This document shows, one piece after another, positions 10,337-21,073 of a DNA stretch of 25,872 nt. Every line of letters begins with the position of its first letter. The stretch's first letter is position 1. A program made the translations under genes and the position numbers. The notes beneath the pieces are model-generated. The model was not told the DNA's origin and did not search any database. It worked only from the letters and a program-made list of their open reading frames with translations. The stretch is taken from positions 1 to 25,872 of the forward strand of contig JAQGDQ010001776.1 in the NCBI GenBank assembly GCA_030141605.1, in the 5' to 3' direction. Source of the DNA: Tubiluchus corallicola (Eukaryota > Animalia > Priapulida).

Positions 10337-11451
10337 ATTGTTATAAGTGACAATATAATAATTGCGCCCAGGTAAATAGGCCAATAATTAATTTACGTAC
10401 TTGCAAACCTATGTATTTTATATAGTTTAGCTTCTTTCAAAATTGCTAATACTGAAAATTGTAGCTGTATAATTTTATCTAAACTTCTTGTGCAAAAGGA
10501 CCTTACTGAGCAGGTTATAAGCCTAGACCCCATTTCAATGAGCTCGTTATTAAATTTTTTGGAGTCAGTGATAAACCCGAATTTTCTGTGAGTACGTACT
10601 GAATAGCCTACATGTTATAAAGCATAATAGAAGATAAACATAAAATGAGTTATAAAAATTTAATGGTATTATGCAAGGTAAGCAAAAATTAATTCAGCAA
10701 AATAATAAGAATAGGTAAAAGCAGGCCTGCAGTCAGGTTTATTCTGTTTTCAAACTTTCTGGTGAGAGACTGTGTCTGAATTGTAGGCGCACTCCCCTCT
10801 GACCAACCCTTTAATCTGGCCTGCAAATAGTTTTAATAACACTATGTATAATTATAATAACATGTATGTTAGTATAATTATCCGTATCCTAATTCTTTTT
10901 ATTAAGTGTGACATTTTTTATATTCTTACCATTAATTTTGGGCCCTTTTTTCTGTATCGCTACCTTTCGGTCCACTACTACTCGGGTCATTTTTACCGCA
11001 AGGCTGTCATGCAACATTAATTAATTTTTTAATCGTTATTTTCTGGTTTTTAATAACGCCTGTTATAAATCACACGGATTGTGTTGTTTGCAGCGAGGGC
11101 GAGGCAACGAAACAAAAACAACAAAACTCAAAACTAACGTTAACTAAATTCTGCATTGAATTTTGTATTGTTTTGTGCAGCAAATTTTGGTTTTTCGTAA
11201 TTTGACAGTTGCACGAAAAGTGAAAACTGCTCACTGATTCTATGAAATTGAGTCTGAAAAACATTTCTTGTTGTACATTTCTTTCGCTTAGAGGCGCTAG
11301 TGTCATTACATATCGATTTTCTTGCGCAACATGTGATACCTTCCGTATTTCTAATTGTCTTTATCAAAAATTTGGCGATTTTTCAAGAATGTTTTTCAGT
11401 TTAACTACTTTTGAATAACATATAACGTTTTGCAGTTTAATTTGTGTTTGA

Positions 11452-11609
11452 ATGACATTTTCGTTTCAAAGTATCTTACGTTCATGGCACCTGATTCCCC
11501 GTTTTTCACGGAGATGCGCAAGCTTTGCAGGAAAGCCTAAATCGTCCGATGTATTAACCTGTCATTTACTAGCCAGGGGTAAACCAGCTTGGACGTCTTA
11601 CTTTGTAAA
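11452..11609 (+). CDS. C15orf61: C15orf61/DUF4528 homolog, coding exon 1 of 3
   Basis: Manual translation from ATG 11452 gives MTFSFQSILRSWHLIPRFSRRCASFAGKPKSSDVLTCHLLARGKPAWTSYFV(K). This matches the recalled human [23 protein letters not shown] block. The exon ends AA|GTGAGT (phase 2 donor at 11610). Confidence 0.9.
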
Positions 11610-11632
11610 GTGAGTGCTGTTCACGAAAAACT

Positions 11633-11908
11633 AATTTTTATGTATTTTTTACCTTTTTGTCAAACTTTAGGCTAACGAATCAGTTATTTAAAGTTTTAAA
11701 GCCCCTATTCGGATTACAAACAAGTACAACTATTATCAGTCTTAGCTTATGCTTCGATTTAATTTACAACAATTTTTATGTATTTTTTTACCTTTTTGTC
11801 AAACTTTTGACTAACGAATCAGTTATTTAAAGTTTTAAAGCCCCTATTCGGATTACAAACAAGTACAACTATTATCAGTCTTAGCCTATGCTTCGATTTA
11901 ATTTACAA
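11633..11908. repeat. Tandem duplication of about 138 bp in C15orf61 intron 1
   Basis: 11633-11769 and 11771-11908 are near-identical (AATTTTTATGTATTTTT...CTTCGATTTAATTTACAA). Confidence 0.92.
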
Positions 11909-12527
11909 TTTTTAATTCGCTTTTCATTTTGCACACTGAAGACATAGGCAGTTTTCTTTTCGTTTTTGGCATTTTATTCATGAAGCTTAGTAAACTTCTG
12001 TAACTGCACAAGAAGCTCTGTACTGTAGTGTGCAAAAGCTGCTTTATTTTTTATCTCTATTAAAATTTTATTGATATTTGGATTTTGACATCTAAAAATT
12101 AAAAAATTTCTATGGCATTAATTTGCCTCCTAGACCACCACCAAGGGCAAGATGATCCCTGGAGTGTCTACGTTTGGCACTCATTTTTACATCAAATGGT
12201 TTGCAAGTCTGCATATGAGTATGGCTGACCAGATTTATTCGTAATTGATGGTAGAGATCTAACTGTTGACGTAATATAATATAATAACAGTTTTGGCAAT
12301 GCTATAGGTTCCTGTATTACGAGTATATTTACTATTGTGATTTTTACTGATTTACTATTTGGTGTAGTAATGGATAGAAAATTGAGATGGCACAAAATAT
12401 ACTTCTAACTAGTATACTTTACGGTCAGATATCTAACTATAGTATGGTACTTTATGAAGATAAAAAACTGAAATGTTTAAAGCAAACAGTTGCAATTATT
12501 ATGTGTGAGAACGATGCTGACACAACA

Positions 12528-12803
12528 TTATGGGGCTTTACTTATACTACAAATTTAGAATGCTTAAGAGTTTTACAACGAAAATTTTTACGTGTCATCT
12601 TCAAACTAGANNNNNNNNNNNNNNNNNNNNNNNNNNNNNNNNNNNNNNNNNNNNNNNNNNNNNNNNNNNNNNNNNNNNNNNNNNNNNNNNNNNNTTTATA
12701 TTTATATTTACTCAAATGGAAAATTATCTGTATTTTAATGCTAATTGTAATGATGCAATGTGGAAAATGAATAAAACTCTCTCTTGAAATAAAACTCTCT
12801 TGA
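12528..12803 (+). mobile_element. LINE (CR1/L2/Jockey-group) ORF2 C-terminal fragment and probable 3' end, interrupted by the assembly gap
   Basis: LWGFTYTTNLECLRVLQRKFLRVIFKL matches the post-RT WG.T...NL..L..LQ.K..R.I motif of these LINEs. After the gap there is AT-rich sequence ending in a duplicated AATAAAACTCTCT(CT)TG. Confidence 0.65.
12611..12694. other. Assembly gap (84 N)
   Basis: Run of N. Confidence 1.
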
Positions 12804-12946
12804 CACTTATTATGATGGTATTGAATTTGTATATAACAATTACCTTGACTATTCAACAGCTGTATTAGTATTGTATCTTGGTGTCTTTTCTTTGAGTTCC
12901 CGTTGTCTGAAAACTTGTGCTATTATATTTGTGAATGACCTCTAGG

Positions 12947-13589
12947 CGGGGATGTTTGCCTATGATTGCACTTGCAGTTGAGAAACGTTTTTGTCGAAAA
13001 TTACTAAGTTTCGTTGGCGAAACTTTTCGGTAATTTTCGGTAGCATTTTCACAAGATAGTATGTACCCAGCTTAACATTTTCTCCTAGGTGCTAAAAATT
13101 GCTGAAAAATTGCTAAAATAGTTTAAATAAAGAGTAAATATCATTTTGTTAACTTTTTGGCCCGCTTTGTACGGCAATGTGGCATATCTTCAGTGCTGAC
13201 GAGTGTGAAGCTTTAAGGTCTCCAGGTACAATTAACCGAAACATCAAAGCATAATTTGAATAGTTTAATTTTATAATTTATGAAATATAGGCAACAAAAC
13301 ATTTACAAAATAAAATTTATTAATTTTTTTGAAGCTTCATGACCTTTAATGGTGAACATTGTGTACTGCTTTGCGTAGGATTTTTTTTTGCATAGCTACT
13401 TCATCAAGCTTGTATCAGGGCAAAATGTAAACAACAAACAAAACAAAGTATTTTATTTATTTCAGATTTTTTTCAGTTTTGGTAGTAGTTAGTTTTGTAA
13501 AAATGTTTTCTGTTCAGTTTCGGTATCGGTTTACTAAATATCACAAATTTCGGTTTCGATTTGCGATTTCTGTTTCGGTAACATCCCCG
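12947..13589. mobile_element. hAT (Ac-like) non-autonomous element with 8-bp TSD
   Basis: Termini CGGGGATGTT...AACATCCCCG resemble the Ac CAGGGATG end. The flanks CCTCTAGG (12939-12946) and CCTCTCGG (13590-13597) match 7/8. TTTCGGT subterminal motifs cluster near both ends. Confidence 0.8.
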
Positions 13590-13648
13590 CCTCTCGGTAA
13601 GTCTTTTGTATCATAATTGGTTATTACATTGTAGCAGTTTGTTTATGA

Positions 13649-13888
<240 letters not shown>

Positions 13889-14304
13889 TGACAGTATCAT
13901 AACACATGACGTACGCCTAACAGTGAAGCTATACGAGAAAATTCATAGAAGACAGTGGCTATTGGCCTGGTTTAATATGTAAATATATTGATGTTTTTTC
14001 CCTGTGATCTGAAACTTAAAGTTTTCATAGTGTTTGCATGTGCAAAGGTTTTAAGTGTCATAGACTGCAGGTCCTATTATGTAAAGCAAAATATATTCAC
14101 CTAAGTTGAATTAGGCAATTATTTTTAGAGCGCTACAGAGTTATAAACATTTACTTTTGTAGATTTTCACAGGGAAATTCTCCCGTTTCCTAATTCAGTA
14201 GTAAATTTTGAGAATTTTTGCGTAGTTGATTTTCCCCTAGATGCGAAAGAAAAGAAAATTTCGGGACTAATTTTTGAAGTTGATAAACATGTTACCTCCT
14301 ATCT

Positions 14305-14781
14305 TCTTCCACATTTGTCAAGGCACACAATGTTTAGTGCTCATACAAGTTATGCATTCTTCCACTTTTGTCAAGGCACACAATGTTTAGTGCTCGTACA
14401 AGTTATGCATTCTTCCACTTTTGTCAAGGCACACAATGTTTAGTGCTCGTACAAGTTATGCATTCTTCCACTTTTGTCAAGGCACACAATGTTTAGTGCT
14501 CATACAAGTTATGCATTCTTCCACTTTTGTCAAGGCACACAATGTTTAGTGCTCATACAAGTTATGCATTCTTCCACATTTGTCAAGGCACACAATGTTT
14601 AGTGCTCGTACAAGTTATGCATTCTTCCACATTTGTCAAGGCACACAATGTTTAGTGCTCGTACAAGTTATGCATTCTTCCACATTTGTCAAGGCACACA
14701 ATGTTTAGTGCTCGTACAAGTTATGCATTCTTCCACATTTGTCAAGGCACACAATGTTTAGTGCTCGTACAAGTTATGCAT
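14305..14781. repeat. 53-bp minisatellite, 9 copies, in C15orf61 intron 2
   Basis: Unit TCTTCCACWTTTGTCAAGGCACACAATGTTTAGTGCTCRTACAAGTTATGCAT; 477 bp = 9 x 53. Confidence 0.97.
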
Positions 14782-15267
14782 GTAAGAAGTTTAAACATGA
14801 AATATTTCTTATTTCCTAAAATACAAAATTTTATGTGTGTGTGTTGCTCCAGGCTACACCTGTTGTTAAAATTGCTTCACAACTTTGACAAAAATCACTC
14901 TTAGCTCATTGTTAACACACGTTGGGCACATTGTTTCAAGAACAATGTTTGACTGTTGAGAAAATCAGTGACGCAGTTAAGCGTATAAACTAAAGCAAGA
15001 TTTTTGGTTCAAAAAGACTGCCAACTAACCAACAAAATATAAAACAAAACTAATGCAACCGAAAAAACTTTTTGCTAGATTACTATATACATGTAGTAAC
15101 TTAAGTACTGTGCAATTTAGAAGAGTAATGCAAAGTAAACAGGTACATTAATTATCTATAGCTATAATTTTATAAATCAAAATTGTTATAAATCAGTCCA
15201 CAGTCCAAATCTTAGGATGTGTTTCCTTATTGGGGTGTTTTTCTAGTTTATAAAAATGTAAATACAG

Positions 15268-15437
15268 TTAACAAAAGTGATGCCATCATTGCTTAATTGG
15301 CCATTTTCATAGTGAGGCTAATTAGTTTTGCCATGTTCCCGCTATATAATTTTTTTGTTAATAACTCGTACAATTTTCGGTTTAAAATCATTGTCAAGTT
15401 ACCCATCAGCTATGTAATGATGGCATCCCACTTGTTA
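15268..15437. repeat. Short degenerate inverted repeat (old MITE-like)
   Basis: AACAAAAGTGATGCCATCATTGC at about 15270-15292 pairs with GTAATGATGGCATCCCACTTGTT at about 15414-15436. Confidence 0.5.
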
Positions 15438-16020
15438 TGAACTACAAAAGCAACTTTGTCAGCAGGGATGTTACCAAAATGAAATTTTCAGTTTAATTTA
15501 CCGGTAATTGCACTTATAAAAAATTATAAAAAAAGATCAAAGTTCATACGACACTTTTATATCAACTGATTTCGTTGTAAAAGTCACAGATACAGATTAT
15601 TTAGCCCGAAAAAAATATATTCCACACTGTATCTCGACACTAGGCGGAGGAGCTGCACAAGCAGCCAACGGCTAGAGGCCGGAGGAGGTCAAGTGACCAA
15701 ACGGCTATGTGTAGAGAAGTAAACCTTCCAAATCAGGAGTGGAGCCCAAAAGTGTGTCGCTCAAGCGCTGTTTGTCCTATACAGCTTTTGTATTATACAA
15801 CATGCTACCAATTATTGCGCCGTACAGCAGACTACAGAATTTGTATTACAATTTGACACCTACTGTTTGCTGAGTGCAATTTGCTCGAGTTTTGCAGTCT
15901 TCGTGCATGCATGGCATTTTAACTTATGGTAAAAATAAATGTTACAGTGAGAGTTCCCACAATAATTGTCTTTATTATTTCAGCATGTATAATTATTTGT
16001 GGAAAATTCATTTTTTCCAG

Positions 16021-16148
16021 GCATACCAACTCTTGCTTATGGATTAGGCGCCCGGTGTCTGATTAGTCATACAGAACTGGTGGAGACTCCTAGTGGTTCA
16101 GTGAATATCTACTTCCTGTATAAGGAAGACATTGGCGCTGAATATTAG
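16021..16148 (+). CDS. C15orf61: C15orf61/DUF4528 homolog, coding exon 3 of 3 (stop TAG 16146-16148)
   Basis: Acceptor ttttttccag|GC. Translation (G)IPTLAYGLGARCLISHTELVETPSGSVNIYFLYKEDIGAEY* matches the recalled human C-terminus GIPTLLYGLG...VYFLNKEDEGAMY*. The spliced CDS is 158+185+128=471 nt, i.e. 156 aa. Confidence 0.95.
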
Positions 16149-16244
16149 CTGTGAACGTGTCCGTGAGAACTCATGATTTGTTACTAGTGAATTGTGAAAT
16201 CCGCGAAAATGAAGCTGTTGATCATTGTGTCTTGACGTTCAGCC

Positions 16245-17102
16245 ATGTTGGTGAAAGAGTATCGCATCTGCATGCCACTTTCAGTAGACGAATATAAGAT
16301 CGGGCAACTGTATACGATTAGCAAGCATAGTCATGAGCAGAGCGAAAAGGGCGAAGGCGTAGAAGTAGTTGTGAACGAACCCCGTGATGACGAAAAGTTC
16401 GGTCGAGGACAGTACACAGAGAAACGCATACACTTGTCAAGCCGCCTGCCGACGTGGATTCGCGGCTTGATTCCAAACTTTTTCTACGTGACTGAAAAAG
16501 CTTGGAATTACTATCCGCACACAAAGACCGAATACACTTGTTCTTTCATTCCGAGATTTTCTGTTTACATAGAGACTAAATATGAAGATAATAAAGGAAC
16601 TACGGAAAACTGTCTGAACTTGTCAGATGACCTACTTACCCAAAGAGAAGTCGATCATATAGACATTGCTTTTGATGCATTACCAGAACACAAGTACAAA
16701 GCCAGTGAAGACTGCACACTGTACAAGTCGGCCAAGACAGACAGGGGACCCCTAGTGGAGGGCTGGCGGGATGGAACTGTACCCATTATGTGCTCATACA
16801 AAGTCGTATACGTGAAATTTGAAGTATGGGGCTTGCAGACAAAAGTTGAACAATTTGTACATAAAGCTGTGAGAGATATATTACTTTTAGGTCACAAGCA
16901 GGCTTTCACTTGGCTAGATGAGTGGTACGGAATGACCATGGATGACATAAGACAATACGAACGAGACATACAAGCGGAAACCAACAAGAAAGTTTTAGCT
17001 AATGTTAGGCACGATTCGGGCGGCGGAGTTTCAAGGCACGATTCTGGCAGCGGTGTTTCAGAAGACGCTTGCTCAGAGACAGAGATTATCTCCAAACCTT
17101 AG
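16245..17102 (+). CDS. PITPNC1: Cytoplasmic phosphatidylinositol transfer protein 1 (RdgB-beta, class IIB PITP), single-exon CDS, 285 aa
   Basis: MLVKEYRICMPLSVDEYKIGQLY.ISKHSHEQS, VTEKAWNYYP, IETKYEDNKG, PIMCSYKVV.VKFEVWGLQTKVEQFVHK and LLGHKQAFTWLDEWY all match recalled PITPNC1. The inositol-binding positions appear intact (T and K of YTEK, E and N of EKAWN, K of SYK). Start context is GCCATG. Confidence 0.96.
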   Translation: MLVKEYRICMPLSVDEYKIGQLYTISKHSHEQSEKGEGVEVVVNEPRDDEKFGRGQYTEKRIHLSSRLPTWIRGLIPNFFYVTEKAWNYYPHTKTEYTCSFIPRFSVYIETKYEDNKGTTENCLNLSDDLLTQREVDHIDIAFDALPEHKYKASEDCTLYKSAKTDRGPLVEGWRDGTVPIMCSYKVVYVKFEVWGLQTKVEQFVHKAVRDILLLGHKQAFTWLDEWYGMTMDDIRQYERDIQAETNKKVLANVRHDSGGGVSRHDSGSGVSEDACSETEIISKP

Positions 17103-17639
17103 GGAATTTATCGCTTTCATTATTACTTCTTGTTAAGCAAGTTTAAAATCACAACAAATCAGGTATGCGAAATTTGATTATCAGTAAAAATTTAAACTCG
17201 TATGGGCATTGTCTTTCATATCATTCTAATCGTCTTTGCAGGACAGACAACTTTTAACAAATTTTGATTTTTTCTTTGCTCCAGATAAAGCAAACATTTT
17301 CTTTGTTATTATTTACTTGTTTACTTGTGTTTGGTACATTCTTTCTTCAAAATGTTTTTTGCTACCCGTCGATAGCAGACCTATTGCAAGGTGTTTCTAA
17401 TGACACAGTAAATTGGCAGTTTTTAATCCGTGTTTGCAACGGACATCACTTTCCATTAAAGTACCAAAAGAATGAAACATATTCTGACTGACTAGGTGAA
17501 CAAATGAACATTTTATTTCGTGTTCACACGTTTGGTTGGTACAATTACAAGATTTAGTAGGACATAGACTCGCCTAGATTGGGACTGCACAAAAGTTGGC
17601 GTTAATTGAGTTTGGCATTATAACAAGGTGCATTAATAC

Positions 17640-19173
17640 ATATATGTGTGCTTGCAAACCTAAACCGTCCATAAGTCGGCATAGTTAAAACTATGTAATG
17701 ATGCTTCAAAGAACAATGCACCAAAATTTTGATCTAAAATTTAATTTTATAACCCTGTGACTATTTCTCTGCGTAGAAACTAGTACTGCAATTGTAAAAA
17801 ACTTGTATTTTCAAACTCCGATAGTAACGCCGAGATATTTGTCTAAAAGAGCCATCTACTGGATTTAAACATAGCTTCCATCTACTCCTGCAAAGTCTGT
17901 AGCAACCAACAACGTTCAATGTGGATTATCTCAGCTTAGAAAGAACATAGAGCGATGAGTTTGGTATCAAAATGATACTCATGAAATGGAGATTCAGGAT
18001 ATGTGAATAACTAGAAAACGTTAATTGACGATTTCACTATGCAAACACACATGTCTGTGCAAATATAGTCATTTTCTTTTGCAAAAAAGTAGGGCGTTAT
18101 GCAAGTCTTATAAAGAGGGACGCTATAACGAGGTTGCCTGTCTCTGAGGTTACTGTCACATTGTTAGTTTATTTCGTCACGGCTGTTGATCTAATCAACG
18201 TCACTTGTTAATATTCATCAGCTTCTTGATAAATGATGACATCTTTGTGCTTTCCAGACGATCTGTCTGTTACTTTGCATAAATTATGGATTTTTATGAT
18301 ATTCTTTGAACTACAGACTTTGAGGACTTATTATGATAGGACTGATAGCTTTAATTTAGCTTAGCACTCCATTTGGTAGCTCCACAGCGCCACCATCTGG
18401 CTACTTCATGTAACCACTATACCCATAGTTGCCATAAGTTTTACACATTACTACTTGTAAATATTAGCAGAGTGTTAAGACTTCTGGATGTGACTGCTCA
18501 AACTTATTGTCTTTGACAAAAATGCATAAATCTGTTTGGCACATTTATGTGTGCTTGGATGGCAAAAATGTCCATAAGTTGACAATTAAGCTTTTCTAGT
18601 TATTCACGTATCCTCAATCTGCATTTCCTGCAGATCATTTTGATACCAAGCTTATCACTCTAAGCTGAGATAATCCACGTTGAAGTTGAGGTGCAGGCTG
18701 TGCAGTGAAAAACATAACCTTGAGAAAACCTCTGTTAAAGTTTGCCTATGTTTTTGTGGCGTTTCTACAAAACACTTGGCAACCGCAGAAATGATGGTTG
18801 TTACGGACTTTGCAAGAGCACATTGAAGTTATGTTTAAATCCAGTAGATGGCTCTTTCTGACGAAGATCTAGGCTTGGCAACAGAAAAAACTGCAAACAA
18901 AATTATTGCTTCCACGAGCTGCTATCGGATTTTGAAAATACAAGTTTTTTACAATTGCATTACTAGTTTCTAGCCAGAGAAGTGGATACAGAGTTATGAA
19001 AATAAATTTTTAGTATTTTTTGAACATTTTCTTGATACCTTCATGCTAAAATATAAAAATCTGTTAATAAAAAACAAAAAATTCACATTTGACCAAATTT
19101 TTGGTGCGTTCTACTTTGAAGTATCATACCGTAGTTTTACTATATCGACTTATGCGTGGAAGCACACATATAT
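17640..19173. mobile_element. About 1.5-kb foldback element with long imperfect inverted arms
   Basis: About 17640-18075 is the reverse complement of about 18530-19173 with indels. Examples are AGAGCCATCTACTGGATTTAAACATA versus TATGTTTAAATCCAGTAGATGGCTCT, and GTGGATTATCTCAGCTTAGA versus TCTAAGCTGAGATAATCCAC. Termini are ATATATGTGTGCTT / AAGCACACATATAT. Confidence 0.85.
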
Positions 19174-20243
19174 AGAATGTTTGTAATGCTCAGTAATGAC
19201 AGTACTTGAGCTATCCACACGTGTGGTGTCTTTATTTGTAATAATGAGTCTGCTAGTCGCTGAGATTGTTGCCCAAGTTACAAAATGTGAAGCCGTGTAG
19301 CTAATTTACTTAAAATAATTTATTTGCTAGCAGATTTATTTGTTAGAAGATTTTTTGGCAGGATTTCATTTTGCTGAGGGGATAATAGCTGCAACCAGTA
19401 TTGGTGGTACAACTGACCATCACGCCAAATTTGGTTGAAAGGCAAAGGACTGGGCATGGAATGGAATTAGCTCTAACGTAGTGTGCATTTGGTGACCCCC
19501 CATGGGTTTTCAGTTTGGCTCCAAAATGGCAAAATAGCCGTTTCTGATAAATACTAGTTTATATGAAACAGCAATAGTTCTGCTGAGAATTGTTAAAGGA
19601 GTTTTAAGACGAGATATTAATAAATATGCATTTATAACCAGGCCAGAGATTTCCTAATTTTTTTTCTTTTTTTACAGAATCACCTTGGGTAACGTATGCT
19701 TTTGTACAACTGTATTTTAGATCCATTTACTTTGTTTCTGATTATTGTATTGAACTCCCCGCATTGTATCTGGTATTATTGGCCAAAAGCCAAACAAAAA
19801 GGTTCTATATTTGCTGTAACTTACTACTTTCTTGCACAATTTAAAGTGTAATTAGTATTCTTCTTAAAGTAATACCTGTATTAACGCTAATATTACAAGA
19901 TTTCTGGTCATTCCAACATAACGATAATGAGCATAATTTTTCGAAGTTAAAATTACATTTAGAAATATGGTTTCTCTTGAATGACACATTTTGTCAACAG
20001 CAACTGTAACATAGTCAAACCTATCTTGCATGTTTTTCACATTAAGTGCTGTTTGTGTACTAGTTACAATCTATTTGCGTAATATAGTACCTCAGGTATT
20101 ACGTCAAAAGCTTAAATCTTGATCAAGTTATGTTTTTAACAACATTTTTAATGTCGTTTTACTCATTTTGCTCTTTGACTTGTGAAATAATTGTGAAAAT
20201 TACTTTCATTTAGAGAACATATTATATTGTTGGTAGTTAGATG

Positions 20244-20698
20244 CAGTCAACCTCGGCTATAAGGGACACCTCCGGACTGAAAAAACATCGTCCCTTATAC
20301 CCGGATGTCCCTTGTAACCGAAGTGAATCAGACCGACGGTGTATCTAGACCTGTACTTTTATCCATATTTTTATGGATTATTGCTACACATTCAGTACAA
20401 ACGGTATTTTGGAAGCTCCTTCAGTGATGCAAGATGTATGTGACCGTGGAAACCGAGCTGTTCGAAAGCCGAGTTCGCGAAAAATTGAGGTTAAAAATCG
20501 ATCAATTTCGCTTTGATCATAGGGACCCTTATATGCGAGGTAATTTACCTGGGTTTCTATTATGCGGGACCTGAAGATATCGCCCCTTATATCCGAGTAC
20601 CTTATATACGAAGACTTTTTAAGGAAAAACGTTACGAAAAATCGGGTCTGGTGTTGGTGGTCCCTTATGAGCGAGTACCTTATACCAGAGGTTGACTG
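20244..20698. mobile_element. Tc1/mariner-superfamily (pogo/Tigger-like) MITE
   Basis: TIRs CAGTCAACCTCGGCTATAAGGGAC / GTACCTTATACCAGAGGTTGACTG. The right flank is TA and the left flank TG (decayed TA). Internal CCCTTATA..CGA repeats are present. Confidence 0.85.
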
Positions 20699-21073
20699 TA
20701 ATGTGTTGTCAAGTACCCTCTTACTGGATTTTATTATGTCTTTGGTTTTTGTATGATCATGATTTCTTCCTTGTTGATTTCCACTGTTTCTTGTTGATGT
20801 AGTTGGTTGAGTGTGATAAGTTCCTTGATTTTACAAGTGCAATAAGGGAAACAGTATTGCCGCACATCCGTTCGAGTGCATAGCTCAATATACATGTAAT
20901 TAGCTACACAATTTTTTCAACAGTTTACAGTTTTTCCAATATTTTTTCTCTAATTTATTAAGAATTTTTACTAGTCTGGTAACAAGACTATTCATGTAGA
21001 GGCACTAAGCAGCCGTTTATAGCAGCAATTTTTTTCTGGGAAATGTTGACATTAATTTTGATACCTCCTTTAT

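Noticed and set aside
12387-12856. ORFs spanning the N run
   Set aside because: Their length is inflated by Ns. Only 12528-12610 has a recognisable (LINE) motif.
16146-16247. Stop-codon readthrough fusing C15orf61 to PITPNC1 (same frame, TAG-C context)
   Set aside because: Five further in-frame stops lie in the spacer, the first only two codons later.
16318-17095. Antisense ORFs 16318-16524 and 16892-17095, and similarly 23838-24029 and 23905-24165
   Set aside because: They are shadows of real coding sequence with no recognisable product.
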